A stretch of DNA of 64,000 nt from Eledone cirrhosa (taxonomy: Eukaryota). Both the position numbers and the translations under genes were made by a program. Location of the stretch: assembly GCA_964016885.1 (NCBI GenBank), contig OZ024740.1, positions 139,066,001 to 139,130,000 of the forward strand, read 5' to 3'. This document shows positions 24,701 to 39,700 of the stretch, one piece after another; the stretch's first letter is position 1; every line of letters starts with the position of its first letter. The notes beneath the pieces are model-generated. The model was not told the DNA's origin, searched no databases, and worked only from the letters and a program-made list of their open reading frames with translations.

Positions 24701-27700
24701 TTGTTGTTGCTATTGTTGTTCTTGGTGTCGTCGTTGTTGTCATTGTTAGTGTTGTTGCTGTGCTTGTTGTTGCTATTGTTGTTGTTGCTGTCGTCGTTGT
24801 TGTCATTGTTACTGCTGTTTCTCTGCGTGTTGTTGCTATTGTTGTTGTTGCTGTCGTCGTTGTTGTCATTGTTACTGTTGTTGCTGTGGTTGTTGTTGCT
24901 ATTGTTGTTGTTGCTGTCGTCGTTGTTGTCATTGTTACTGTTGTTTCTGTAGTTGTTGTTGCTATTGTTGTTGTTGCTGTCGTCGTTGTTGTCATTGTTA
25001 CTGTTGTTTCTGTTGCTGTTGTTGTCGTTGCTGTCGTCGTTGTTGTCATTGTTACTGTTGTTGCTGTGGTTGTTGTTGCTATTGTTGTTCTTGCTGTCGT
25101 CGTTGTTGTCATTGTTACTGTTGTTGCTGTGCTTGTTGTTGCTATTGTTGTTGTTGCTGTCGTCGTTGTTGTCATTGTTACTGTTGTTGCTATGGTTGTT
25201 GTTGCTATTGTTGTTGTTGCTGTCGTCGTTGTTGTCATTGTTACTGTTGTTTCTGTGGTTGTTGTTGCTATTGTTGTTGTTGCTGTCGTCGTTGTTGTCA
25301 TTGTTACTGTTGTTGCTGTGGTTGTTGTTGCTATTGTTGTTGTTGTTGCTGTCGTCGTTGTTGTCATTGTGACTGTTGTTGCTGTGGTTGTTGTTGCTAT
25401 TGTTGTCCTTGGTGTCGTCGTTGTTGTCATTGTTAGTGTTGTTGCTGTGCTTGTTGTTGCTATTGTTGTTGTTGCTGTCGTCGTTGTTGTCATTGTTACT
25501 GCTGTTTCTGTGGTTGTTGTTGCTATTGTTGTTGTTGCTGTCGTCGTTGTTGTCATTGTTACTCTTGTTTCTGTGGTTGTTGTTGCTATTGTTGTTGTTG
25601 CTGTCGTCGTTGTTGTCATTGTTGCTGTCGTTGCTGTCGTTGTTGTTGCTATTGTTGCTGTTGCTGTCGTGGTTGTTGTCATTGTTACTGTTGTTACTGT
25701 GGTTGTTGTTGCTATTGTTGTTGCTATTGTTGTTGTTGCTGTCGTCGTTGTTGTAATTGTTACTGTTGTTGCTGTGGTTGTTGTTGCTATTGTTGTTGTT
25801 GCTGTCGTCGTTGTTGTCATTGTTACTGTTGTTTCTGTGGTTGTTGTTGCTATTGTTGTTGTTGCTGTCGTCTTTGTTGTCATTCTTACTGCTGTTGTTG
25901 CTGTGGTTGCTGTAGCTATTGTTGTTGTTGCTGTCGTCGTTGTTGTCATTGTTACTGCTGTTTCTGTGGTTGTTGTTGCTATTGTTGTTGTTGCTGTCTT
26001 CGTTGTTGTCATTGTTACTATTGTTTCTGTGGTTGTTGTTGCTATTGTTGTTGTTGCTGTCGTCGTTGTTGTCATTGTTACTCTTGTTTCTGTGGTTGTT
26101 GTTGCTATTGTGGTTGTTGCTGTCGTCGTTGTTGTCATTGTTACTGTTGTTGCTGTGGTTGTTGTTGTTATTGTTGTTGTTGCTGTCGTCGTTGTTGTCA
26201 TTGTTACTGTTGTTTCTGTGGTTGTTGTTGCTATTGTTGCTGTTGCTGTCGTCGTTGTTGTCATTGTTACTGTTGTTGCTGTGGTTGTTGTTGCTATTGT
26301 TGTTGTTGCTGTCGTCGTTGTTGTCATTGTTACTGTTGTTTCTGTGGTTGTTGTTGCTATTGTTGTTGTTGCTGTCGTCGTTGTTGTCATTCTTACTGCT
26401 GTTGTTGCTGTGGTTGCTGTTGCTATTGTTGTTGTTGCTGTCGTCGTTGTTGTCATTGTTACTGTTGTTTCTGTGGTTGTTGTTGCTATTGTTGTTGTTG
26501 CTGTCGTCGTTGTTGTCATTGTTACTGTTGTTGCTGTGGTTGCTGTTGCTATTGTTGTTGTTGCTGTCGTCGTTGTTGTCATTGTTACTGCTGTTGCTGT
26601 GGTTGTTGTTGCTATTGTTGTTGTTGCTGTCGTCGTTGTTGTCATTGTTACTGTTGTTGCTGTGGTTGTTGTTGCTATTGTTGTTGTTGCTGTCGTCGTT
26701 GTTGTTATTGTTACTGTTGTTGCTGTTGCTATTGTTGTTGTTGCTGTCGTCGTTGTTGTCATTGTTACTGTTGTTTCTGTGGTTGTTGTTGCTATTGTTG
26801 TTGTTGCTGTCGTCGTTGTTGTTATTGTTACTGTTGTTGCTGTGGTTGTTGTTGCTATTGTTGTTGTTGCTGTCGTCGTTGTTGTTATTGTTACTGTTGT
26901 TGCTGTGGTTGTTGTTGCTATTGTTGTTGTTGCTGTCGTCGTTGTTGTCATTGTTACTGCTGTTGTTGCTGTGGTTGCTGTTGCTATTATTGTTGTTGCT
27001 GTCGTCGTTGTTGTCATTGTTACTGTTGTTTCTGTGGTTGTTGTTGCTATTGTTGTTGTTGCTGTCGTCGTTGTTGTCATTGTTACTCTTGTTTCTGTGG
27101 TTGTTGTTGCTATTGTGGTTGTTGCTGTCGTCGTTGTTTTCATTGTTACTGTTGTTGCTGTGGTTGTTGTTGCTATTGTTGTTGTTGCTGTCGTCGTTGT
27201 TGTCATTGTTACTGTTGTTGCTGTGGTTGTTGTTGCTATTGTTGTTGTTGCTGTCGTCGTTGTTGTCATTGTTACTGTTGTTTCTGTGGTTGTTGTTGCT
27301 ATTATTGTTGTTGCTGTCGTCGTTGTTGTCATTGTTACTGTTGTTGCTGTGGTTGTTGTTGCTATTGTTGTTGTTGCTGTCGTCGTTGTTGTCATTGTTA
27401 CTGTTGTTTCTGTGGTTGTTGTTGCTATTGTTGTTGTTGCTGTCGTCGTTGTTGTCATTCTTACTGCTGTTGTTGCTGTGGTTGCTGTTGCTATTGTTGT
27501 TGTTGCTGTCGTCGTTGTTGTCATTGTTACTGTTGTTTCTGTGGTTGTTGTTGCTATTGTTGTTGTTGCTGTCGTCGTTGTTGTCATTGTTACTGTTGTT
27601 GCTGTGGTTGCTGTTGCTATTGTTGTTGTTGCTGTCGTCGTTGTTGTCATTGTTACTGCTGTTGCTGTGGTTGTTGTTGCTATTGTTGTTGTTGCTGTCG

Positions 27701-30700
27701 TCGTTGTTGTCATTGTTACTGTTGTTGCTGTGGTTGTTGTTGCTATTGTTGTTGTTGCTGTCGTCGTTGTTGTTATTGTTACTGTTGTTGCTGTTGCTAT
27801 TGTTGTTGTTGCTGTCGTCGTTGTTGTCATTGTTACTGTTGTTTCTGTGGTTGTTGTTGCTATTGTTGTTGTTGCTGTCGTCGTTGTTGTTATTGTTACT
27901 GTTGTTGCTGTGGTTGTTGTTGCTATTGTTGTTGTTGCTGTCGTCGTTGTTGTCATTGTTACTGCAGTTGTTGCTGTGGTTGCTGTTGCTATTGTTGTTG
28001 TTGTCGTCGTTGTTGTCATTGTTACTGTTGTTTCTGTGGTTGTTGTTGCTATTGTTGTTGTTGTTATCGTCGTTGTTGTCATTGTTACTGTTGTTGCTGT
28101 GGTTGTTGTTGCTGTCGTCGTTGTTGTCATTATTACTGTTGTTGCTGTGCTTGTTGTTGCTATTGTTGTTGTTGCTGTCATCGTTGTTGTCATTGTTACT
28201 GTTGTTGCTGTGGTTGTTGTTGCTATTGTTGTTGTTGCTGTCGTCGTTGTTGTCATTGTTACTGTTGTTGCTGTGGTTGTTGTTGCTATTGTTGTTGTTG
28301 CTCTCGTCGTTGTTGTCATTGTTACTGTTGTTTCTGTAGTTGTTGTTGCTATTGTTGTTGTTGCTGTCGTCGTTGTTGTCATTGTTACTGTTGTTGCTGT
28401 GGTTGTTGTTGCTATTGTTGTTGTTGCTGTCGTCGTTGTTGTCATTGTTACTGTTGTTTCTGTGGTTGTTGTTGCTATTGTTGTTGTTGCTGTCGTCGTT
28501 GTTGTCATTGTTACTGTTGTTTCTCTGGTTGTTGTTGCTATTGTTGTTGTTGCTGTCAGCGTTGTTGTCATTGTTACTGTTGTTTCTGTAGTTGTTGTTG
28601 CTATTGTTGTTGTTGCTGTCGTGGTTGTTGTCATTGTTACTGTTGTTTCTGTGGTTGTTGTTGCTATTGTTGTTGTTGCTGTCGTCGTTGTTGTCATTCT
28701 TACTGCTGTTGTTGCTGTGGTTGCTGTTGCTATTGTTGTTGTTGCTGTCGTCGTTGTTGTCATTGTTAGTGCTGTTTCTGTGGTTGTTGTTGCTATTGTT
28801 GTTGTTGCTGTCTTCGTTGTTGTCATTGTTACTATTGTTTCTGTGGTTGTTGTTGCTATTGTTGTTGTTGCTGTCGTCGTTGTTGTCATTGTTACTGTTG
28901 TTTCTGTGGTTGTTGTTGCTATTGTGGTTGTTGCTGTCGTCGTTGTTGTCATTGTTACTGTTGTTTCTGTAGTTGTTGTTGCTATTGTTGTTGTTGCTGT
29001 CGTCGTTGTTGTCATTGTTACTGTTGTTTCTGTTGCTGTTGTTGTCGTTGCTGTCGTCGTTGTTGTCATTGTTACTGTTGTTGCTGTGGTTGTTGTTGCT
29101 ATTGTTGTTCTTGCTGTCGTCGTTGTTGTCATTGTTACTGTTGTTGCTGTGCTTGTTGTTGCTATTGTTGTTGTTGCTGTCGTCGTTGTTGTCATTGTTA
29201 CTGTTGTTGCTATGGTTGTTGTTGCTATTGTTGTTGTTGCTGTCGTCGTTGTTGTCATTGTTACTGTTGTTTATGTGGTTGTTGTTGCTATTGTTGTTGT
29301 TGCTGTCGTCGTTATTGTCATTGTTACTGTTGTTGCTGTGGTTGTTGTTGCTATTGTTGTTGTTGTTGCTGTCGTCGTTGTTGTCATTGTTACTGTTGTT
29401 GCTGTGGTTGTTGTTGCTATTGTTGTCCTTGGTGTCGTCGTTGTTGTCATTGTTAGTGTTGTTGCTGTGCTTGTTGTTGCTATTGTTGTTGTTGCTGTCG
29501 TCGTTGTTGTCATTGTTACTGCTGTTTCTGTGGTTGTTGTTGCTATTGTTGTTGTTGCTGTCGTCGTTGTTGTCATTGTTACTCTTGTTTCTGTGGTTGT
29601 TGTTGCTATTGTTGTTGTTGCTGTCGTCGTTGTTGTCATTGTTGCTGTCGTTGCTGTCGTTGTTGTTGCTATTGTTGCTGTTGCTGTCGTGGTTGTTGTC
29701 ATTGTTACTGTTGTTTCTGTGGTTGTTGTTGCTATTGTTGTTGCTATTGTTGTTGTTGCTGTCGTCGTTGTTGTAATTGTTACTGTTGTTGCTGTGGTTG
29801 TTGTTGCTATTGTTGTTGTTGCTGTCGTCGTTGTTGTCATTGTTACTGTTGTTTCTGTGGTTGTTGTTGCTATTGTTGTTGTTGCTGTCGTCTTTGTTGT
29901 CATTCTTACTGCTGTTGTTGCTGTGGTTGCTGTAGCTATTGTTGTTGTTGCTGTCGTCGTTGTTGTCATTGTTACTGCTGTTTCTGTGGTTGTTGTTGCT
30001 ATTGTTGTTGTTGCTGTCTTCGTTGTTGTCATTGTTACTATTGTTTCTGTGGTTGTTGTTGCTATTGTTGTTGTTGCTGTCGTCGTTGTTGTCATTGTTA
30101 ATGCTTTTGCTGTGGTTGTTGTTGTAATTGTTGTTGTTGCTGTCGTCGTTGTTGTCATTGTTACTGTTGTTGCTGTGGTTGTTGTTGCTATTGTTGTTGT
30201 TGCTGTCGTTGTTGTTATTGTTACTGTTGTTGCTGTTGCTATTGTTGTTGTTGCTGTCGTCGTTGTTGTCATTGTTACTGTTGATTCTGTGGTTGTTGTT
30301 GCTATTGTTGTTGTTGCTGTCGTCGTTGTTGTTATTGTTACTGATGTTGCTGTGGTTGTTGTTGCTATTGTTGTTGTTGCTGTCGTCGTTGTTGTTATTG
30401 TTACTGTTGTTGCTGTGCTTGTTGTTGCTATTGTTGTTGTTGCTGTCGTCGTTGTTGTCATTGTTACTGCTGTTGTTGCTGTGGTTGCTGTTGCTATTGT
30501 TGTTGTTGCTGTCGTCGTTGTTGTCATTGTTACTGTTGTTTCTGTGGTTGTTGTTGCTATTGTTGTTGTTGCTGTCGTCGTTGTTGTCATTGTTACTGTT
30601 GTTGCTGTGGTTGTTGTTGCTATTGTTGTTGTTGCTGTCGTCGTTGTTGTCATTGTTACTGTTGTTGCTGTGCTTGTTGTTGCTATTGTTGTTGTTGCTG

Positions 30701-33700
30701 TCGTCGTTGTTGTCATTGTTACTGTTGTTGCTGTGGTTGTTGTTGCTATTGTTGTTGCTGTCGTCGTTGTTGTCATTGTTACTGTTGTTGTTGCTGTGGT
30801 TGTTGTTGCTATTGTTGTTGTTGCTCTCGTCGTTGTTGTCATTGTTACTGTTGTTTCTGTAGTTGTTGTTGCTATTGTTGTTGTTGCTGTCGTCGTTGTT
30901 GTCATTGTTACTGTTGTTGCTGTGGTTGTTGTTGCTATTGTTGTTGTTGCTGTCGTCGTTGTTGTCATTGTTACTGTTGTTTCTGTGGTTGTTGTTGCTA
31001 TTGTTGTTGTTGCTGTCGTCGTTGTTGTCATTGTTACTGTTGTTTCTGAGCTTGTTGTTGCTATTGTTGTTGTTGCTGTCGTCGTTGTTGTCATTGTTAC
31101 TGTTGTTTCTGTAGTTGTTGTTGCTATTGTTGTTGTTGCTGTCGTCGTTGTTGTCATTGTTACTGTTGTTTCTGTTGCTGTTGTTGTCGTTGCTGTCGTC
31201 GTTGTTGTCATTGTTACTGTTGTTTCTGTGGTTGTTGTTGCTATTGTTGTTCTTGCTGTCGTCGTTGTTGTCATTGTTACTGTTGTTGCTGTGCTTGTTG
31301 TTGCTATTGTTGTTGTTGCTGTCGTCGTTGTTGTCATTGTTACTGTTGTTGCTGTGGTTGTTGTTGCTATTGTTGTTGTTGCTGTCGTCATTGTTGTCAT
31401 TGTTACTGTTGTTTCTGTGGTTGTTGTTGCTATTGTTGTTGTTGCTGTCGTCGTTGTTGTCATTGTTACTGTTGTTGCTGTGGTTGTTGTTGCTATTGTT
31501 GTTGTTGTTGCTGTCGTCGTTGTTGTCATTGTTACTGTTGTTTCTGTGGTTGTTGTTGCTATTGTTGTTGTTGCTGTCGTCGTTGTTGTCATTGTTACTG
31601 TTGTTGCTGTGGTTGTTGTTGCTATTGTTGTTCTTGGTGTCGTCGTTGTTGTCATTGTTAGTGTTGTTGCTGTGCTTGTTGTTGCTATTGTTGTTGTTGC
31701 TGTCGTCGTTGTTGTCATTGTTACTGCTGTTTCTCTGCGTGTTGTTGCTATTGTTGTTGTTGCTGTCGTCGTTGTTGTCATTGTTACTGTTGTTGCTGTG
31801 GTTGTTGTTGCTATTGTTGTTGTTGCTGTCGTCGTTGTTGTCATTGTTACTGTTGTTTCTGTAGTTGTTGTTGCTATTGTTGTTGTTGCTGTCGTCGTTG
31901 TTGTCATTGTTACTGTTGTTTCTGTTGCTGTTGTTGTCGTTGCTGTCGTCGTTGTTGTCATTGTTACTGTTGTTGCTGTGGTTGTTGTTGCTATTGTTGT
32001 TCTTGCTGTCGTCGTTGTTGTCATTGTTACTGTTGTTGCTGTGCTTGTTGTTGCTATTGTTGTTGTTGCTGTCGTCGTTGTTGTCATTGTTACTGTTGTT
32101 GCTATGGTTGTTGTTGCTATTGTTGTTGTTGCTGTCGTCGTTGTTGTCATTGTTACTGTTGTTTCTGTGGTTGTTGTTGCTATTGTTGTTGTTGCTGTCG
32201 TCGTTGTTGTCATTGTTACTGTTGTTGCTGTGGTTGTTGTTGCTATTGTTGTTGTTGTTGCTGTCGTCGTTGTTGTCATTGTTACTGTTGTTGCTGTGGT
32301 TGTTGTTGCTATTGTTGTCCTTGGTGTCGTCGTTGTTGTCATTGTTAGTGTTGTTGCTGTGCTTGTTGTTGCTATTGTTGTTGTTGCTGTCGTCGTTGTT
32401 GTCATTGTTACTGCTGTTTCTGTGGTTGTTGTTGCTATTGTTGTTGTTGCTGTCGTCGTTGTTGTCATTGTTACTCTTGTTTCTGTGGTTGTTGTTGCTA
32501 TTGTTGTTGTTGCTGTCGTCGTTGTTGTCATTGTTGCTGTCGTTGCTGTCGTTGTTGTTGCTATTGTTGCTGTTGCTGTCGTGGTTGTTGTCATTGTTAC
32601 TGTTGTTTCTGTGGTTGTTGTTGCTATTGTTGTTGCTATTGTTGTTGTTGCTGTCGTCGTTGTTGTAATTGTTACTGTTGTTGCTGTGGTTGTTGTTGCT
32701 ATTGTTGTTGTTGCTGTCGTCGTTGTTGTCATTGTTACTGTTGTTTCTGTGGTTGTTGTTGCTATTGTTGTTGTTGCTGTCGTCTTTGTTGTCATTCTTA
32801 CTGCTGTTGTTGCTGTGGTTGCTGTAGCTATTGTTGTTGTTGCTGTCGTCGTTGTTGTCATTGTTACTGCTGTTTCTGTGGTTGTTGTTGCTATTGTTGT
32901 TGTTGCTGTCTTCGTTGTTGTCATTGTTACTATTGTTTCTGTGGTTGTTGTTGCTATTGTTGTTGTTGCTGTCGTCGTTGTTGTCATTGTTACTCTTGTT
33001 TCTGTGGTTGTTGTTGCTATTGTGGTTGTTGCTGTCGTCGTTGTTGTCATTGTTACTGTTGTTGCTGTGGTTGTTGTTGCTATTGTTGTTGTTGCTGTCG
33101 TCGTTGTTGTCATTGTTACTGTTGTTTCTGTGGTTGTTGTTGCTATTGTTGCTGTTGCTGTCGTCGTTGTTGTCATTGTTACTGTTGTTGCTGTGGTTGT
33201 TGTTGCTATTGTTGTTGTTGCTGTCGTCGTTGTTGTCATTGTTACTGTTGTTTCTGTGGTTGTTGTTGCTATTGTTGTTGTTGCTGTCGTCGTTGTTGTC
33301 ATTCTTACTGCTGTTGTTGCTGTGGTTGCTGTTGCTATTGTTGTTGTTGCTGTCGTCGTTGTTGTCATTGTTACTGTTGTTTCTGTGGTTGTTGTTGCTA
33401 TTGTTGTTGTTGCTGTCGTCGTTGTTGTCATTGTTACTGTTGTTGCTGTGGTTGCTGTTGCTATTGTTGTTGTTGCTGTCGTCGTTGTTGTCATTGTTAC
33501 TGCTGTTGCTGTGGTTGTTGTTGCTATTGTTGTTGTTGCTGTCGTCGTTGTTGTCATTGTTACTGTTGTTGCTGTGGTTGTTGTTGCTATTGTTGTTGTT
33601 GCTGTCGTCGTTGTTGTTATTGTTACTGTTGTTGCTGTTGCTATTGTTGTTGTTGCTGTCGTCGTTGTTGTCATTGTTACTGTTGTTTCTGTGGTTGTTG

Positions 33701-36700
33701 TTGCTATTGTTGTTGTTGCTGTCGTCGTTGTTGTCATTCTTACTGCTGTTGTTGCTGTGGTTGCTGTTGCTATTGTTGTTGTTGCTGTCGTCGTTGTTGT
33801 CATTGTTAGTGCTGTTTCTGTGGTTGTTGTTGCTATTGTTGTTGTTGCTGTCTTCGTTGTTGTCATTGTTACTATTGTTTCTGTGGTTGCTGTTGCTATT
33901 ATTGTTGTTGCTGTCGTCGTTGTTGTCATTGTTACTGTTGTTTCTGTGGTTGTTGTTGCTATTGTTGTTGTTGCTGTCGTCGTTGTTGTCATTGTTACTC
34001 TTGTTTCTGTGGTTGTTGTTGCTATTGTGGTTGTTGCTGTCGTCGTTGTTTTCATTGTTACTGTTGTTGCTGTGGTTGTTGTTGTTGTTGCTGTCGTCGT
34101 TGTTGTCATTGTTACTGTTGTTGCTGTGGTTGTTGTTGCTATTGTTGTTGTTGCTGTCGTCGTTGTTGTCATTGTTACTGTTGTTTCTGTGGTTGTTGTT
34201 GCTATTATTGTTGTTGCTGTCGTCGTTGTTGTCATTGTTACTGTTGTTGCTGTGGTTGTTGTTGCTATTGTTGTTGTTGCTGTCGTCGTTGTTGTCATTG
34301 TTACTGTTGTTTCTGTGGTTGTTGTTGCTATTGTTGTTGTTGCTGTCGTCGTTGTTGTCATTCTTACTGCTGTTGTTGCTGTGGTTGCTGTTGCTATTGT
34401 TGTTGTTGCTGTCGTCGTTGTTGTCATTGTTACTGTTGTTTCTGTGGTTGTTGTTGCTATTGTTGTTGTTGCTGTCGTCGTTGTTGTCATTGTTACTGTT
34501 GTTGCTGTGGTTGCTGTTGCTATTGTTGTTGTTGCTGTCGTCGTTGTTGTCATTGTTACTGCTGTTGCTGTGGTTGTTGTTGCTATTGTTGTTGTTGCTG
34601 TCGTCGTTGTTGTCATTGTTACTGTTGTTGCTGTGGTTGTTGTTGCTATTGTTGTTGTTGCTGTCGTCGTTGTTGTTATTGTTACTGTTGTTGCTGTTGC
34701 TATTGTTGTTGTTGCTGTCGTCGTTGTTGTCATTGTTACTGTTGTTTCTGTGGTTGTTGTTGCTATTGTTGTTGTTGCTGTCGTCGTTGTTGTTATTGTT
34801 ACTGTTGTTGCTGTGGTTGTTGTTGCTATTGTTGTTGTTGCTGTCGTCGTTGTTGTCATTGTTACTGCAGTTGTTGCTGTGGTTGCTGTTGCTATTGTTG
34901 TTGTTGTCGTCGTTGTTGTCATTGTTACTGTTGTTTCTGTGGTTGTTGTTGCTATTGTTGTTGTTGTTATCGTCGTTGTTGTCATTGTTACTGTTGTTGC
35001 TGTGGTTGTTGTTGCTGTCGTCGTTGTTGTCATTATTACTGTTGTTGCTGTGCTTGTTGTTGCTATTGTTGTTGTTGCTGTCATCGTTGTTGTCATTGTT
35101 ACTGTTGTTGCTGTGGTTGTTGTTGCTATTGTTGTTGTTGCTGTCGTCGTTGTTGTCATTGTTACTGTTGTTGCTGTGGTTGTTGTTGCTATTGTTGTTG
35201 TTGCTCTCGTCGTTGTTGTCATTGTTACTGTTGTTTCTGTAGTTGTTGTTGCTATTGTTGTTGTTGCTGTCGTCGTTGTTGTCATTGTTACTGTTGTTGC
35301 TGTGGTTGTTGTTGCTATTGTTGTTGTTGCTGTCGTCGTTGTTGTCATTGTTACTGTTGTTTCTGTGGTTGTTGTTGCTATTGTTGTTGTTGCTGTCGTC
35401 GTTGTTGTCATTGTTACTGTTGTTTCTCTGGTTGTTGTTGCTATTGTTGTTGTTGCTGTCAGCGTTGTTGTCATTGTTACTGTTGTTTCTGTAGTTGTTG
35501 TTGCTATTGTTGTTGTTGCTGTCGTGGTTGTTGTCATTGTTACTGTTGTTTCTGTGGTTGTTGTTGCTATTGTTGTTGTTGCTGTCGTCGTTGTTGTCAT
35601 TCTTACTGCTGTTGTTGCTGTGGTTGCTGTTGCTATTGTTGTTGTTGCTGTCGTCGTTGTTGTCATTGTTAGTGCTGTTTCTGTGGTTGTTGTTGCTATT
35701 GTTGTTGTTGCTGTCTTCGTTGTTGTCATTGTTACTATTGTTTCTGTGGTTGTTGTTGCTATTGTTGTTGTTGCTGTCGTCGTTGTTGTCATTGTTACTG
35801 TTGTTTCTGTGGTTGTTGTTGCTATTGTTGTTGTTGCTGTCGTCGTTGTTGTCATTGTTACTGTTGTTGCTGTGGTTGTTGTTGCTATTGTTGTTGTCGC
35901 TGTCGTCGTTGTTGTCATTGTTACTGTTGTTTCTGTGGTTGTTGTTGCTATTGTTGTTGTTGCTGTCGTCGTTGTTGTCATTGTTACTGTTGTTGCTGTG
36001 GTTGTTTTTGCTATTGTTGTTGTTGCTGTCGTCGTTGTCATTGTTACTGTTGTTTCTGTGGTTGTTGTCATTGTTACTGTTGTTTCTGTGGTTGTTGTTG
36101 CTATTGTTGTTGTTGCTGTCGTCGTTGTTGTCATTGTTACTGTTGTTGCTGTGGTTGCTGTTGCTATTGTTGTTGTTGCTGTCGTCGTTGTTGTCATTGT
36201 TAATGCTTTTGCTGTGGTTGTTGTTGTTATTGTTGTTGTTGCTGTCGTCGTTGTTGTCATTGTTACTGTTGTTGCTGTGGTTGTTGTTGCTATTGTTGTT
36301 GTTGCTGTCGTCGTTGTTGTTATTGTTACTGTTGTTGCTGTTGCTATTGTTGTTGTTGCTGTCGTCGTTGTTGTCATTGTTACTGTTGATTCTGTGGTTG
36401 TTGTTGCTATTGTTGTTGTTGCTGTCGTCGTTGTTGTTATTGTTACTGATGTTGCTGTGGTTGTTGTTGCTATTGTTGTTGTTGCTGTCGTCGTTGGTGT
36501 TATTGTTACTGTTGTTGCTGTGCTTGTTGTTGCTATTGTTGTTGTTGCTGTCGTCGTTGTTGTCATTGTTACTGCTGTTGTTGCTGTGGTTGCTGTTGCT
36601 ATTGTTGTTGTTGCTGTCGTCGTTGTTGTCATTGTTACTGTTGTTTCTGTGGTTGTTGTTGCTATTGTTGTTGTTGCTGTCGTAGTTGTTGTCATTGTTA

Positions 36701-39700
36701 CTGTTGTTGCTGTGGTTGTTGTTGCTATTGTTGTTGTTGCTGTCGTCGTTGTTGTCATTGTTACTGTTGTTGCTGTGCTTGTTGTTGCTATTGTTGTTGT
36801 TGCTGTCGTCGTTGTTGTCATTGTTACTGTTGTTGCTGTGGTTGTTGTTGCTATTGTTGTTGCTGTCGTCGTTGTTGTCATTGTTACTGTTGTTGTTGCT
36901 GTGGTTGTTGTTGCTATTGTTGTTGTTGCTCTCGTCGTTGTTGTCATTGTTACTGTTGTTTCTGTAGTTGTTGTTGCTATTGTTGTTGTTGCTGTCGTCG
37001 TTGTTGTCATTGTTACTGTTGTTGCTGTGGTTGTTGTTGCTATTGTTGTTGTTGCTGTCGTCGTTGTTGTCATTGTTACTGTTGTTTCTGTGGTTGTTGT
37101 TGCTATTGTTGTTGTTGCTGTCGTCGTTGTTGTCATTGTTACTGTTGTTTCTGAGCTTGTTGTTGCTATTGTTGTTGTTGCTGTCGTCGTTGTTGTCATT
37201 GTTACTGTTGTTTCTGTAGTTGTTGTTGCTATTGTTGTTGTTGCTGTCGTCGTTGTTGTCATTGTTACTGTTGTTTCTGTTGCTGTTGTTGTCGTTGCTG
37301 TCGTCGTTGTTGTCATTGTTACTGTTGTTTCTGTGGTTGTTGTTGCTATTGTTGTTCTTGCTGTCGTCGTTGTTGTCATTGTTACTGTTGTTGCTGTGCT
37401 TGTTGTTGCTATTGTTGTTGTTGCTGTCGTCGTTGTTGTCATTGTTACTGTTGTTGCTGTGGTTGTTGTTGCTATTGTTGTTGTTGCTGTCGTCATTGTT
37501 GTCATTGTTACTGTTGTTTCTGTGGTTGTTGTTGCTATTGTTGTTGTTGCTGTCGTCGTTGTTGTCATTGTTACTGTTGTTGCTGTGGTTGTTGTTGCTA
37601 TTGTTGTTGTTGCTGTCGTCGTTGTTGTCATTGTTACTGTTGTTTCTGTGGTTGTTGTTGCTATTGTTGTTGTTGCTGTGGTCGTTGTTGTCATTGTTAC
37701 TGTTGTTGCTGTGGTTGTTGTTGCTATTGTTGTTCTTGGTGTCGTCGTTGTTGTCATTGTTAGTGTTGTTGCTGTGCTTGTTGTTGCTATTGTTGTTGTT
37801 GCTGTCGTCGTTGTTGTCATTGTTACTGCTGTTTCTCTGCGTGTTGTTGCTATTGTTGTTGTTGCTGTCGTCGTTGTTGTCATTGTTACTGTTGTTGCTG
37901 TGGTTGTTGTTGCTATTGTTGTTGTTGCTGTCGTCGTTGTTGTCATTGTTACTGTTGTTTCTGAGCTTGTTGTTGCTATTGTTGTTGTTGCTGTCGTCGT
38001 TGTTGTCATTGTTACTGTTGTTTCTGTAGTTGTTGTTGCTATTGTTGTTGTTGCTGTCGTCGTTGTTGTCATTGTTACTGTTGTTTCTGTTGCTGTTGTT
38101 GTCGTTGCTGTCGTCGTTGTTGTCATTGTTACTGTTGTTGCTGTGGTTGTTGTTGCTATTGTTGTTCTTGCTGTCGTCGTTGTTGTCATTGTTACTGTTG
38201 TTGCTGTGCTTGTTGTTGCTATTGTTGTTGTTGCTGTCGTCGTTGTTGTCATTGTTACTGTTGTTGCTATGGTTGTTGTTGCTATTGTTGTTGTTGCTGT
38301 CGTCGTTGTTGTCATTGTTACTGTTGTTTCTGTGGTTGTTGTTGCTATTGTTGTTGTTGCTGTCGTCGTTGTTGTCATTGTTACTGTTGTTGCTGTGGTT
38401 GTTGTTGCTATTGTTGTTGTTGTTGCTGTCGTCGTTGTTGTCATTGTTACTGTTGTTTCTGTGGTTGTTGTTGCTATTGTTGTTGTTGCTGTCGTCGTTG
38501 TTGTCATTGTTACTGTTGTTGCTGTGGTTGTTGTTGCTATTGTTGTCCTTGGTGTCGTCGTTGTTGTCATTGTTAGTGTTGTTGCTGTGCTTGTTGTTGC
38601 TATTGTTGTTGTTGCTGTCGTCGTTGTTGTCATTGTTACTGCTGTTTCTGTGGTTGTTGTTGCTATTGTTGTTGTTGCTGTCGTCGTTGTTGTCATTGTT
38701 ACTCTTGTTTCTGTGGTTGTTGTTGCTATTGTTGTTGTTGCTGTCGCCGTTGTTGTCATTGTTGCTGTCGTTGCTGTGGTTGTTGTTGCTATTGTTACTG
38801 TTGCTGTCGTCGTTGTTGTCATTGTTACTGTTGTTTCTGTGGTTGTTGTTGCTATTGTTGTTGCTATTGTTGTTGTTGCTGTCGTCGTTGTTGTAATTGT
38901 TACTGTTGTTGCTGTGGTTGTTGTTGCTATTGTTGTTGTTGCTGTCGTCGTTGTTGTCATTGTTACTGTTGTTTCTGTAGTTGTTGTTGCTATTGTTGTT
39001 GTTGCTGTCGTCGTTGTTGTCATTGTTACTGTTGTTGCTGTGGTTATTGTTGCTATTGTTGTTGTTGCTGTCGTCGTTGTTGTCATTGTTACTGTTGTTT
39101 CTGTGGTTGTTGTTGCTATTGTTGTTGTTGCTGTCGTCGTTGTTGTCATTCTTACTGCTGTTGTGGCTGTGGTTGCTGTTGCTATTGTTGTTGTTGCTGT
39201 CGTCGTTGTTGTCATTGCTACTGTTGTTTCTGTGGTTGTTGTTGCTATTGTTGTTGTTGCTGTCGTCGTTGTTGTTATTGTTACTGTTGTTGCTGTTGCT
39301 ATTGTTGTTGTTGCTGTCGTCGTTGTTGTCATTGTTACTGTTGTTTCTGTGGTTGTTGTTGCTATTGTTGTTGTTGCTGTCGTCGTTGTTGTCATTGTTA
39401 CTGTTGTTTCTGTGGTTGTTGTTGCTATTGTTGTTGTTGCTGTCGTCGTTGTTGTCATTGTTACTGTTGTTGCTGTGGTTGTTGTTGCTATTGTTGTTGT
39501 TGCTGTCGTCGTTGTTGTCATTGTCACTGTTGTTTCTGTGGTTGTTGTTGCTATTGTTGTTGTTGCTGTCGTCGTTGTTGTCATTCTTACTGCTGTTGTG
39601 GCTGTGGTTGCTGTTGCTATTGTTGTTGTTGCTGTCGTCGTTGTTGTCATTGTGACTGTTGTTGCTGTGGTTGTTGTTGTTATTGTTGTTGTTGCTGTCG